Shown: positions 9,565 to 19,900 of the stretch, one piece after another | How the letters are laid out: each line of letters opens with the position of its first letter | Numbering within the stretch: the first letter of the stretch is position 1 | Assembly: GCA_963757515.1 (NCBI GenBank) | Contig: CAVWRV010000005.1 | Coordinates: 39,870-103,869, forward strand | From: an uncultured Acidobacteriaceae bacterium | GTDB taxonomy: Bacteria > Acidobacteriota > Terriglobia > Terriglobales > Acidobacteriaceae | Length of the DNA: 64,000 nt | Direction: 5' to 3' | Position numbers and translations under genes: made by a program | The notes under the pieces: generated by a model | Seen by the model: only the letters and a program-made list of their open reading frames with translations | Told to the model about the DNA's origin: nothing | Database searches by the model: none

Positions 9565-9921
9565 TCATTTCGAAATCAGTCTGCCAACCTGGTTGAGCAA
9601 TTCGAGCACAGGTATTCCCTTGGTAATGACCAGGTCCGCATGCTCGGTCCCCGGGGGCGCTTCCACCAACCCGCTGAAAAGAACCACCGGAATTTCCGGT
9701 TTTAGCCGTTTCATTTCGGCAGCCACCTGTGCTCCAGTAATGCCGGGCAGGCAATAGTCCGTAACGACCAAGTCGACCTGGTTACACCTGAAGAGTTCCA
9801 AAGCAGCCGCACCGTCTGAAGCGGTCAGGACTTTATAGCCAGCACTTGATAGAACCATACAACGCAGCGCCAGCGCAGCCGCTTGATCATCAACACACAA
9901 AATGACACGGGTATTCGACAA
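9565..9921 (-). CDS. stand-alone response-regulator receiver (CheY-like) domain protein
   Basis: 118 aa. Residue pattern: acidic residues near the N-terminus, phosphoacceptor-like D in LVVTD, conserved K in ITKG. Confidence 0.85.
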   Translation of the reverse strand: MSNTRVILCVDDQAAALALRCMVLSSAGYKVLTASDGAAALELFRCNQVDLVVTDYCLPGITGAQVAAEMKRLKPEIPVVLFSGLVEAPPGTEHADLVITKGIPVLELLNQVGRLISK

Positions 9922-10488
9922 GCACTTCCTCTTTGGGTAGGGATATTCCGCGAAAAACTGTCGATTGCGCGTCGGCTAACGAGAGCACGGAGAGAACAGA
10001 TATAACTCAGGGACAGCCAAAGTTCTTTGCGCCAGAGCAATGATGATGGCGGGCGTGCGGAGTTGATGAGCCTGAATGCTCCGCCATGCACCCGCCGGCG
10101 CAGCCGAAACCAGTATCTTTTCGGGCTAAGCGGTGGTGCTTCCCAGAGGCGACGCTAAGGAGAATCTGGCACAGGATCAGTCCCTGTAACGATGGCGACG
10201 GCGTCACATGGCGGAGTTTGCGATGTCTAACCAAGCTGCCAACCCGGCCGGATTACTCCCACTGCGCTCGGGCATGGTCACGCGGCGAGCCAGAACCTAT
10301 CAACGGGCAACGACAACGTTCGGGCGCCACTCTTCATGCGGGTTCCAGCCTCCGCTACGATATGGGTAACAACGCAAAGGGGAGCTACCCCGACGGTTCC
10401 GGACGTTGGGCTGCAACAGCTGATGGAGGGAATCGCGGCTGCAGATCGTTAGCCAGGCCGCTTTGATTCGCGCGATCAGAACCCGCGA

Positions 10489-11154
10489 ATGGATGAAGGA
10501 GATACCAGAATGACTACTTTGGATTTGCTCGATCAAATGCAGACGCACCTCGGTGTGCCATGGCAAAGTCAGCGTGCCGGCGGCTACTCTGACGGCGTAT
10601 TGACCGGTGACCCCTACGCTCAAGTGACCGGTATACTAACCTGCTTCACTCCTACGGTCGATGTCCTTCGACACGCAATCAGCTCCGGCCACAACACTGT
10701 GATTTGCAGAGAATCCCCTTTCTACAGCAGAGGAGAAAAACAGCCGATTGCGTACCGGTCGGGAGCAATGACCGCAAAAGAGTTTTTGGAGAGCGATCCC
10801 GTCTACCAGGCAAAATTGGCACTGATCAGCACCAATTCGCTCATTATTGTCAGATTTGTCGATAACTGGGATGCGCGGAAGACCGATGGGCAGCTCGAAG
10901 GCCTGGTAAAGGCGCTGAAGTGGGATGGATATCATCTTTCCGTGAAAGGCGATGTGAAGTTTTATCGCCCGGGTAACAACTTCTTCAGTATCCCTCCGAT
11001 CTCGATGGCGGCCTTGGCTTCGGGCTTGGGGCGTTCCTCCATCGGCGTAAGGCATATGGGGCACTCCGGGTTCGTGGCAGGTCAATCGCAGGACGCTTTG
11101 TGTGTGACACACTACACTAGTGGGGCGCATCAAAAGCCGCGATTCCCCATCTAA
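10489..11154 (+). CDS. hypothetical protein (weak resemblance to the N-terminal half of Nif3/DUF34, but lacking the HH metal ligands)
   Basis: 221-aa ORF. The last ~30 codons are encoded by an R1-family repeat end (11057-11125). Confidence 0.5.
   Translation: MDEGDTRMTTLDLLDQMQTHLGVPWQSQRAGGYSDGVLTGDPYAQVTGILTCFTPTVDVLRHAISSGHNTVICRESPFYSRGEKQPIAYRSGAMTAKEFLESDPVYQAKLALISTNSLIIVRFVDNWDARKTDGQLEGLVKALKWDGYHLSVKGDVKFYRPGNNFFSIPPISMAALASGLGRSSIGVRHMGHSGFVAGQSQDALCVTHYTSGAHQKPRFPI
11057..11125. repeat. R1-family solo end (ccgggttcgtggcaggtcaatcgcaggacgctttgt…cactacactag)
   Basis: Near-identical to the right flank of the R1 copy at 59435-59502 and inverted relative to the left flank at 12888-12905. 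Confidence 0.6.
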
Positions 11155-11172
11155 TCACTGAACGGAGGATTT

Positions 11173-11643
11173 ATGGAGACAGCAACATTTGGCGCAGGAT
11201 GCTTCTGGGGGGTCGAGGCTCGCTTTCAGCAGGTTCCAGGAGTGATCGAGACCGCTGTAGGGTACGAGGGCGGCAAGCTCGACAACCCAACGTATCAAGA
11301 CGTCTGCACCGACCGCACAGGACACGCGGAGGTGGTGGAGGTGAAATTCGATCCGGCGAAGGTAAGCTATCAAAGCCTGCTGGATTTGTTTTTTGAGCTG
11401 CACGATCCCACCCAGCTCAACCGCCAGGGTCCGGACTGGGGAGCCCAATATCGCAGCGCGGTATTTTTTCATTCCCCGGAGCAGGAGGCCGCGGCCAAGG
11501 CGACCATCGCCCGGCTCACAGGGCAGAAGACCTTCAGAAAGCCGATCGTCACCCAGGTAGTGCCGGCGCAGAGCTTCTGGCGCGCGGAGGAATACCACCA
11601 GAAGTACCTGGAGAAGCGCGGCGCGCTCTCCTGTCATATCTGA
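11173..11643 (+). CDS. msrA: peptide-methionine (S)-S-oxide reductase
   Basis: 156 aa. GCFWG active-site motif ([13 protein letters not shown]). Full-length match to the MsrA pattern. Confidence 0.95.
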   Translation: METATFGAGCFWGVEARFQQVPGVIETAVGYEGGKLDNPTYQDVCTDRTGHAEVVEVKFDPAKVSYQSLLDLFFELHDPTQLNRQGPDWGAQYRSAVFFHSPEQEAAAKATIARLTGQKTFRKPIVTQVVPAQSFWRAEEYHQKYLEKRGALSCHI

Positions 11644-11683
11644 TCGCAGCACCGGCCCCCACCGTGGCGGTTCGTCTTATGAC

Positions 11684-12841
11684 GTGCTCATCGTGGGGGC
11701 CGGCGCCGCGGGCCTGCTCTGCGCGATCGAGGCAGGCCGTGGCGGCCGCCGCGTTTTATTGCTGGATCACGCCAACCGCATTGGCAAAAAGATCCTGATC
11801 TCCGGTGGGGGACGCTGTAACTTCACCAACCTCCATACCACAGCAGACAACTTTCTTTCGGCGAATCCTCACTTTGCCAAGTCTGCGCTGGCTCGCTACA
11901 GCCCGGTTGATTTCCTGCAACTGGTCGAGCGGCACCAGATCCCCTGGCACGAAAAGAAGCTGGGACAGCTGTTTTGCGACCGCGCATCGAGTGACATCGT
12001 TAACATGCTGGAGCAGGAGTGCGCGGCAGCGGGTGTAACCATCCAGATTGCCAATCCGGTCCGAGAAATTAGCCACCGTGATGGTTTCCATCTAAACACT
12101 GAACACGGGATGGTCCGCGGGCGATCACTGGTTATCGCTAGCGGGGGGCTGTCGATCCCGAAGATGGGCGCCACTCCGTTTGGGTATCAAGTCGCGCGGC
12201 AGTTTGGCTTGAGCATCCAACCATGCCGGCCGGCACTGGTGCCGCTTACTTTTTCTACGGACGACCTCGACCGCTACACCGGCCTGGCTGGAGTTTCGAC
12301 TGAGGTGTTCGCCGCTGCCGGGTCCGGGCGCTTTCGGGAGAAGCTGCTTTTTACTCACCGCGGCCTCAGCGGGCCGGCGATGCTGCAGATCTCGTCTTAT
12401 TGGCGGCCCGGCCAAGCTGTTCTGATCGACCTTGCGCCGGAGCGTTTCTGGACCAGCGACCTTCGAGCCCAGATTTCCGAGCGCGATCTCGTGAGCGCGC
12501 GGATCGCGCTGCGCAGCGTTCTTCCCCATCGCCTGGCGGACCGCTGGCTGGCACTCCAACCACCTTCCGCGTGGACCAACCGGGGTTTGGACGAGGCCGA
12601 GAGCGCTCTCCACCACTGGACCTTCTTTCCTGCGGGGACCGAAGGCTACGAAAAGGCGGAAGTCACGGCAGGCGGAGTGGACACGGCGGAGTTGAGCGCC
12701 CGGACTATGGAAAGCCGCAAGGTACCGGGGCTCTATTTTATTGGGGAAGTGGTCGATGTAACCGGACATCTTGGCGGGTTCAATTTCCAGTGGGCGTGGG
12801 CTTCGGGCGCGGCCGCGGGCCGCTCCCTGGCGGGCAGTTAG
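11684..12841 (+). CDS. BaiN/YhiN(HI0933)-family NAD(P)/FAD-dependent oxidoreductase
   Basis: N-terminal dinucleotide-binding motif YDVLIVGAGAAGL. Family-typical C-terminal GG…FQWAW region. True start probably a few codons upstream, overlapping the msrA end. Confidence 0.85.
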   Translation: MLIVGAGAAGLLCAIEAGRGGRRVLLLDHANRIGKKILISGGGRCNFTNLHTTADNFLSANPHFAKSALARYSPVDFLQLVERHQIPWHEKKLGQLFCDRASSDIVNMLEQECAAAGVTIQIANPVREISHRDGFHLNTEHGMVRGRSLVIASGGLSIPKMGATPFGYQVARQFGLSIQPCRPALVPLTFSTDDLDRYTGLAGVSTEVFAAAGSGRFREKLLFTHRGLSGPAMLQISSYWRPGQAVLIDLAPERFWTSDLRAQISERDLVSARIALRSVLPHRLADRWLALQPPSAWTNRGLDEAESALHHWTFFPAGTEGYEKAEVTAGGVDTAELSARTMESRKVPGLYFIGEVVDVTGHLGGFNFQWAWASGAAAGRSLAGS

Positions 12842-12882
12842 CCAGCTGGAGGGTCACATAACATCGTGATCACGCAAATGCG

Positions 12883-13150
12883 TTAAGAATCTTGACCTGC
12901 CACGAACCCGGGTGCCCCATACCCCCGATTTCCTGTAGAGCTTGTTGGGTTCCGCGGACTTCATGCGCCTTTCGCATATGCAGCCCTTGCCAGCGCCGCG
13001 TGCAGGAAATTCGGGGTATCTCGCTCGTTTTCGCGAGATGTGGGGGGCGAACGTTGGTCGCCCCTTTACAACCTGGACGGATACCAGTCGCAGTGCAGTG
13101 GAATCCCACATCTCGCGAAAACGAGCGAGATCTGGGGCACCCGGGGTTCT
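12883..13150. repeat. R1-family composite palindromic element, module order L-Y-X-R
   Basis: Outer inverted ends …cttgacctgccacgaacccgggtgccccat / …ggggcacccgggg. Module Y is bounded by acccccgatttcctg…caggaaattcggggt. Module X is bounded by atctcgctcgttttcgcgagatgtgggg…cccacatctcgcgaaaacgagcgagat. Compare 59148-59502. Confidence 0.8.
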
Positions 13151-13183
13151 TCCGCACGGACCAAAAAAAATACCTGCACCCTT

Positions 13184-13918
13184 CTACGATTTCCTGGTCG
13201 CCGGCTCCGCGAGCCAGAGGCTGATCGACCACCACAGCAGGATCAGCAGATAGACAGAGATCCGGAAGAACGAAAAGAAGACGTAATCGCTCATTTCGCG
13301 CCCGGTGGTGAAATATCCGCCGCCCGCCAGCAGGGCCGCGGAATAGATACCGAATCCGAAGCTGAGAGCGGCGACATTGCTGCGCCAGGTTAGCCGCAGG
13401 GGGCGTAGTAGAAACAAGAGCATAATTGCCCACTCCACCATCAACACCGACAACAGGAAGTGGATGACAACCAGGACCACGCGGAACGAGGAGTGGCCGG
13501 ACGGAGCCACGCGCAGTACGATCAGTGCGCCGCTCGCAACCAACAGCAATGGTAAAGTGAAGCGGCGAAAACCAGTGAGCGGCCGCAGTGCGATCCAGAT
13601 GAGTTCCGCCAGCACAGCACACTGCAACAGGATGTCTGTGAGGTCGACGATCATGGTTGCAACGAGGTGCGCAGGATGACCGGAGAAGCGCACCGAGGCG
13701 GCGAGCCCTACGGACCGTATGAGATAAAAGACAATCAGCAGCGTAAACCAGGGGAACCGGGCGATCCGCCTGCGCATGATAAGCACGATCAGAAGTAACA
13801 AATGTCCGAGGAGCCCAGCGGCCCAGATGAGTTGGTTTGTCATCAATCCCGTTTTAGTTTGAAGGCCGCTCAGTTGAACAATCGGTACATCCGGAACCCA
13901 GGGCAGCGAACAGGTCAC
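13184..13918 (-). CDS. hypothetical polytopic membrane protein
   Basis: 244-aa ORF with ~6 hydrophobic helices. Alternative start at MTNQ. Confidence 0.6.
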   Translation of the reverse strand: MTCSLPWVPDVPIVQLSGLQTKTGLMTNQLIWAAGLLGHLLLLIVLIMRRRIARFPWFTLLIVFYLIRSVGLAASVRFSGHPAHLVATMIVDLTDILLQCAVLAELIWIALRPLTGFRRFTLPLLLVASGALIVLRVAPSGHSSFRVVLVVIHFLLSVLMVEWAIMLLFLLRPLRLTWRSNVAALSFGFGIYSAALLAGGGYFTTGREMSDYVFFSFFRISVYLLILLWWSISLWLAEPATRKS

Positions 13919-13955
13919 GCCCCCAGTCTAAACTTGTTTTCGGCAAAGCTTTCTG

Positions 13956-15368
13956 ATGCAAACAGGGACAAGATCCGGCCCCACCCCGACTCTTTGGCAA
14001 TCGGTTCGAGAAGCCATGCGCGGCAGCCACCAGGACTACACCGCCGGCAGCCTGAACCGGTCGATCCTGCTGCTCGCCATTCCTATGGTGCTGGAGATGG
14101 TGCTCGAATCGCTGTTCGCCGTGGTCGACGTGTTTTGGGTCAGCCGCCTCGGTGCAGACGCCATTGCCACCGTCGGCCTGACCGAGTCCGTCCTCACCCT
14201 GGTGTTCGCAGTGGGCATAGGACTTGGCATGTCGACAACAGCCATGGTTGCGCGCCGTGTAGGCGAGAAGGACCCGGATGGGGCAGCCATTGCCGCCGTC
14301 CAAGCCGTGTTCCTCGGGGTCATCGCCTCGTTCGTGCTCGGCCTTCCATTTTTCTTCCTCGCGCCTCGGCTGCTGGGGCTGATGGGCGCTTCGCCGGCGA
14401 TCGTCGCCACCGGCGCGAATTACACCCGCATTGCTCTTGGCGGCTCGGGCGTGGTTCTGCTGCTGTTTCTGAACAATGCCATCTTCCGCGGAGCCGGGGA
14501 TGCCGCCATCGCCATGCGGCTGCTCTGGGTTTCGAATATCCTCAACCTGATCCTCGATCCCTGTCTGATCTTTGGCCTCGGTCCATTCCCGAAACTCGGA
14601 GTCACCGGCGCGGCGCTGGCCACTTTCTCCGGGCGCGGCATTGGTGTCCTCTATCAGTTCTATCGTCTGGGCAAGGGGACGGAGCGCATTCGCATTCTCC
14701 GCTGCCACATGCGCATCCAGGGCACGGTTCTCTGGCGGCTGGTGCGCGTATCCTTTATCGGGATTCTGCAGTTCCTGATCGGCCAGGCGAGCTGGATCGG
14801 CCTGGTCCGCATCGTCAGCCTTTTCGGTGCGCCCGCCCTGGCAGCCTACACCATTGCGATTCGTATTGTTATCTTCGCCATATTGCCTTCCTGGGGATTG
14901 AGCAATGCAGCCGCAACCCTGGTGGGCCAGAACCTCGGCGCGGGCCATCCTGACAGGGCGCGCAATGCCGTATGGCGGACCGGCCTGTGGAACATGGTCT
15001 TCCTAGGCTCGGTCGGGATTCTCTTTATCGTGTTCGCACCAGGTATCATCGGGTTGTTCACCAAGGATCCCGCGGTGATTCCGGTGGCCATCCATTGTCT
15101 TCGCATCTTCAGCTGTGGCAATGTGGCTTACGCATACGGTATGGTGCTGCTGCAAGCGTTCAATGGGGCCGGCGATACGCTTACCCCAACCTACGTCAAT
15201 CTATTCGGCTTCTGGATCCTGGAGATTCCGCTGGCCTGGTGGCTGGCCATGCACTCGTTTATGCATGTCAACGGGGTTTTCGTATCAGTCGTTGTTGCCC
15301 AGTCCGTCATTGTGCTCATCACCCTCGTACTCTTCCGCCAGGGCCGCTGGGCAAAGCAGCGCATTTAG
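13956..15368 (+). CDS. MATE-family multidrug/oligosaccharidyl-lipid exporter
   Basis: 470-aa 12-TM protein with typical MATE repeats. Alternative start at 14016 (MRGSHQ). Confidence 0.9.
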   Translation: MQTGTRSGPTPTLWQSVREAMRGSHQDYTAGSLNRSILLLAIPMVLEMVLESLFAVVDVFWVSRLGADAIATVGLTESVLTLVFAVGIGLGMSTTAMVARRVGEKDPDGAAIAAVQAVFLGVIASFVLGLPFFFLAPRLLGLMGASPAIVATGANYTRIALGGSGVVLLLFLNNAIFRGAGDAAIAMRLLWVSNILNLILDPCLIFGLGPFPKLGVTGAALATFSGRGIGVLYQFYRLGKGTERIRILRCHMRIQGTVLWRLVRVSFIGILQFLIGQASWIGLVRIVSLFGAPALAAYTIAIRIVIFAILPSWGLSNAAATLVGQNLGAGHPDRARNAVWRTGLWNMVFLGSVGILFIVFAPGIIGLFTKDPAVIPVAIHCLRIFSCGNVAYAYGMVLLQAFNGAGDTLTPTYVNLFGFWILEIPLAWWLAMHSFMHVNGVFVSVVVAQSVIVLITLVLFRQGRWAKQRI

Positions 15369-15372
15369 TCCA

Positions 15373-16776
15373 CTAGTAGATGCGGCTGGCGATGATTTGC
15401 GTGTTGGCGGCGTTCGATTCAATGCTGGTGGACTGCAACAGCACTTCGAACGAGCGCAGCTTGCCGCCGGGCAAGAGGGCTTTCTTTAATACTGGTGCGA
15501 TGGCGTCCCCGCGGAAGAGTGTTTCTGCCGCGGCTTGGGTGCCCGCCACGTCGAGCCCCTGGATCACCAGCATATGGCCAGTGCCGGCAAGATTGGGGAC
15601 GAAGGTGATCAAGGCATAAGTCTGGTGAGCCGGCTCATTCCAGTGGCTGGCGTAGGACGTGGACTCTCCCGGCTGCGGATTTGCGTTGGAGATCCACGCC
15701 CCCTGCATCTCGTTGCGATAAACAACGCGAAAGTTGGCATTCTTCTGGACCACTTCCGTCCAGGGATTACTGCCAATCGAGCCAATAAGAATGACATTCG
15801 CGTTCTTGAGGTCTGCCACACGCAGGTCGCGGGGAAAGCGGAGAATGAGATGTTGCGGATTGATCTCCGGAAGGCGCGAGAGCGATGACACAATTTCGAG
15901 GTCGACGAAGCTGGTGAACTCCTGGCTGCGCAGGTCGCTGGCGCTGTGCGCGTCCATCGCCGGCAGGCGGAGGGTCAGATAGTCACCCCTAAGGTAATCA
16001 GCCAATCCGACCTTCTGCTGAGCCAAATCCTCCACGATGTTGAAACCGCAGTCCGCGGGAACAACAAAAGTGTTCAAGGAAGAATGGAAGAGTGCGGCCC
16101 ATAACGGGTGCGATGGATCGACGGGTTGGCGCCCCCCGGCCACCCATCGGGATGCCCCCACGCTGAGGCCGACCAAAGCAACACTGTAAGCGACCAGCCA
16201 CGCCAGGGGGCGAAGCGGTTTCCGTAACGGCCGCCCTTCAGAGAGAGCCGATAGCGGTCTCGCATGCGGGGCCATCACGGCGACGGCCTGCACGGATTTC
16301 GCGGCCGTCTGTACCTCCCGGGTTACGAATACCGGAACGTATCCACCCAGGGGAATTTCTATTTGCACAGACTCCGCTAGCCCCTCATCCGCAAAGTACT
16401 CTGCCAGGCGCTTGCGAAGTTGGCGTGCATAATTTCGGACGATGTTGTCCTCAACCGTCCGGTAACCATGGGGCCGGTCGAAGACCTGGATCCCGATCTG
16501 ATATTCGCTGATCTCACCCTGGCGGCCGCTGAGCAGCTCGCCACAAATATGAAGTAGAAACTTGGAGAGTAGCGGGGCTTTGCTGAAGTGCCGGCTAGCG
16601 ACGATCCTTGCTACCAGCAGCCAACGGGGATCATCCTTCTGGCTGGGAAACCTCTCGGGAGAAAAGTACGCTTGCGTAGTCTTCACGTCGGGAGCCGCCT
16701 TGCCAAAGGCTATCGTTCGCAAATAAACATGCGATGAATTTGAGCGAGCGCCGGGGCGCAGAACGGCCCTGTTCAT
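15373..16776 (-). CDS. membrane-anchored transcriptional regulator-like protein (CadC/OmpR-type winged-helix N-terminus + TM + periplasmic domain)
   Basis: N-terminal …LLHICGELLSGRQGEISEYQIGIQVFDRPHGYRTVEDNIVRNYARQLRKRL… fits the trans_reg_C pattern. Single TM (LAWLVAYSVALVGLSV). ~270-aa extracytoplasmic domain. Divergent from the TonB-dependent receptor. Confidence 0.6.
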   Translation of the reverse strand: MNRAVLRPGARSNSSHVYLRTIAFGKAAPDVKTTQAYFSPERFPSQKDDPRWLLVARIVASRHFSKAPLLSKFLLHICGELLSGRQGEISEYQIGIQVFDRPHGYRTVEDNIVRNYARQLRKRLAEYFADEGLAESVQIEIPLGGYVPVFVTREVQTAAKSVQAVAVMAPHARPLSALSEGRPLRKPLRPLAWLVAYSVALVGLSVGASRWVAGGRQPVDPSHPLWAALFHSSLNTFVVPADCGFNIVEDLAQQKVGLADYLRGDYLTLRLPAMDAHSASDLRSQEFTSFVDLEIVSSLSRLPEINPQHLILRFPRDLRVADLKNANVILIGSIGSNPWTEVVQKNANFRVVYRNEMQGAWISNANPQPGESTSYASHWNEPAHQTYALITFVPNLAGTGHMLVIQGLDVAGTQAAAETLFRGDAIAPVLKKALLPGGKLRSFEVLLQSTSIESNAANTQIIASRIY

Positions 16777-16947
16777 GGAGAATTTACATCCCGTCTAACT
16801 GATGTCCCAGGTACCGTTTAGCGGCCCTGTTTACAGGGGTATACACCTCCCTCGCAGGGGGTAAACACTTTCGATGCAAGCCCAGCGCACCTAGCCTGAC
16901 GCCAGCGAAGTGTCAGCGAAAAGACATTCCGCAGGAGCGCCTGGAAT

Positions 16948-19900
16948 ATGACATTTATGACGATCCAGAAATATATCGCCTCTCTGCGCGACGTCCGGAG
17001 AGACGTCTGCAGAATTTGCGTAACACGAATTCTACCCAGCCTGTTGATGTGCTCGTTGTTTGCCATTGCTTCCCGCGCGCAGGTGACCACGGGAAACCTG
17101 AGCGGGCAGGTAATGGATTCCTCCGGAGCGATCGTGAGCGATGCTGGTGTCACCGCGACCGCGGCCGATACGGGCTACGAGCGGACGACCAAAAGCGGGT
17201 CTGACGGCAGTTACATTCTTGCCGATCTCCCCATTGGCAATTACACCTTAAGCGTCACGGCGCCGGGCTTCACGAATATCAAGCAGGGGGTGGCGTTGGG
17301 GGTCGGCGAGCGGGTTCGGCTGGACTTCCATCTTACGGTCGGTGCAGACAATCAGACGGTGCAGGTAAGTGCGCAGGCGGTGAACCTCTCCCGCGATGAC
17401 GCGTCCATCAGCACGCTGGTTACCTCAGATACCATTGCCAGCACCCCGCTCTATTTGCGCAACTGGGACGACCTGCTACGCACGGTGCCCGGGGTGCAGA
17501 TCAACCGCTACACCAATCAGAGCGGAGCCACGTCGTCAGGCCGTACGGGAAGTTTCAACGTCAATGGTATTCATTCGTTGCAAAACAACTTTCTTTTGGA
17601 TGGCATCGACAACAACACGTTTTCTGAGAATGTGCAGGAGCTTAGTACGGAGTCCGCACACCCTTCGGTGGATGTGATCTCAGAGTTCAATGTGATTACA
17701 AATCCTTATTCGGCGGAATATGGCCGGGGGCCGGGCGCGGTCGTGTCTGTGAGCACACACAGCGGATCGAACCAGCTGCACGGCACTGTCTATGAGTTTG
17801 TGCGCAACCAATATTTCGACTCTTTCGACTATTTCACCAAGCGCAGCACCAACCGGAAAGCAGAGGACAACCAGAACCAGTTTGGCGCCAGCCTGGGTGG
17901 TCCGATTAAGCGCGACCGTCTCTTCGGCTTTTTCAATTACGAGGGCACGCGCATCAAGCAGGGCCTCTCGCGCATCTCAACCGTGCCTCTGGATAACGAA
18001 CGTATTGGCGATTTTAGCAATGCGGCTGCCGCCGCGGCAGGGGTTGCAAAGTACCCGACGGTGTACGACCCGACCACTTGCCCTACGCCATACACCCTCA
18101 ACAAAGCCTGCCAGGCATTCCCCAATAACCAGGTCCCGGCGGCACGGATCGACACCTCGGTCGCCGCCCTGATCGCTCTCTTCCCCGAGCCCAACTACAA
18201 GCCGGGCTCGGCGACGTTCCCCGAGCTGAACAACTACACCCGCACCGGAGCAGCCACCGACTTTAACAACAGCTACGACGGCCGGGGCGACTGGACGCCT
18301 TCTTCCGCGGATACGGTTTTCGTCAGATACAACTATTTCAACCGCACTCGGTCCATCCCAGGGTACTTTGGCGGCTTGGCTGACGGCACCTCGACCTCGG
18401 CCTGGGGTAACCAGGCTCTGAAAGGTCATAGTGTGGTGTTGGGTTGGACGCACGTGATGAACCCGCGCATGGTCAACGAATTCCGCTTTGGCTGGGTGCG
18501 AAACGTCTCCTACGCCCAGCAACAACCGTTCTCTCTCCCCCAGCAGGCGGGCAGCTTTGTGCCTGGCATCCCTAGCAACCCGGCGATCGGTGGGGGCGTA
18601 CCGTTGACCACTTTCACCAATAAGACCTTTCTGGGCTCTCCGGATTTTCTGCCCAAGCGGCAGATTCCAATGCTCTATCAATACAACGACACCCTCGGCT
18701 GGCAGCTGGGCAAGCACAATCTCAAGTTCGGCACCACCGTCTACCTGCCCATGCGCAACATCTTTCAGGATGAGCCGGGCACGCGCGGCGACCTGACCTT
18801 TACTGGAGTGTTTACCGGCCTTTCGTACGCGGACGGTTTGCTGGGCGCAACCCAATACACGCAATTGACGAATGTGTTTTTCGTCGATCAACGTATCTGG
18901 ATGGCTTCAGGCTTTGTGGAAGATGATTGGAAAGTGACGCCCCGGCTCACCCTGAATTTGGGCTTGCGTTACGATTTTGCGACTCCGGCGCTCGAAGGAC
19001 AGAACCGGATGGCCAACTTCGATCCTGGCGGAACCGGGTCGCTGGTCTTCGCCAAATCGGGTTCGTTGAGCAGCCGGGCGCTGGTGAACACCAACAACAG
19101 GAACTTTGGCCCGCGCTTCGGTGTCTCGTACGGACTGGACGCGAAGACCGTGGTGCGTGGAGGGTACGGACTCTATTACACGCTGTTCGAGCGCTTCGGC
19201 AGCGAAGATCAACTGGCGCTGAACCCTCCTAATCTGGTCAATAAGACGCCGGCCAGCAACACCTACCCGGTCCTGAAGCCGTCGGTTGGATTTCCGTCGA
19301 ACTTCCTCGATCCCTCGACCATCAACTTCAACGCACTGCAAAATTTCCACATTCGCGCGCTCGATCCCACGGCGCACTCGCCGAGTGTGCAGCAGTGGAG
19401 TTTCGGCTTCCAACGGGAGGTGAGCAGCTGGCTGGCGGAGGTCGACTATGTGGGGACCAAATCGACCCACCTCGACGTGATTTACGACTATAACCAACCC
19501 CTCATCGCGGGTGGGGTAAGCACCAAGATCCAGCCATACACCAATTTCGGACAGATCGAATATACGACTCCGATCGGCTTTGGCAACTACAACGGATTGC
19601 AGGCCAGCCTGACGCACCCGCAGGCGAAGGGGTTCAGCGTGCGCGTGGCCTACACCTACTCCCGCAGCCTCGATAACACGCCGGAAGAGTTGGAGACCAA
19701 CTCGGGCGATCCGCCGAACGGTCGCAACTATAGTTCCTGGTATGGTCCCAGCGACTTTAATATCCCACAACGCATTTCGGGCACGTATATCTACGAGCTT
19801 CCCTTCGGGCATGGCAAGCAGATGCTGAATTCCGGTCCGCTGGCCTGGGTCTTCGGCAACTGGCGCACGTCTGGGGTGTACACGTTCTATAGCGGCCATC

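Noticed and set aside
12870-13622. 250-aa minus-strand ORF spanning the R1 repeat and the 3' end of the membrane-protein gene
   Set aside because: Runs through a non-coding palindromic repeat and antisense to a real ORF. Composition not protein-like.
13802-14953. ORFs 13802..14953 (+) and 13854..14948 (-) overlapping the MATE gene
   Set aside because: Alternative-frame and antisense products of GC-rich DNA (Arg/Pro/Gly-rich). The MATE frame has coherent TM helices.
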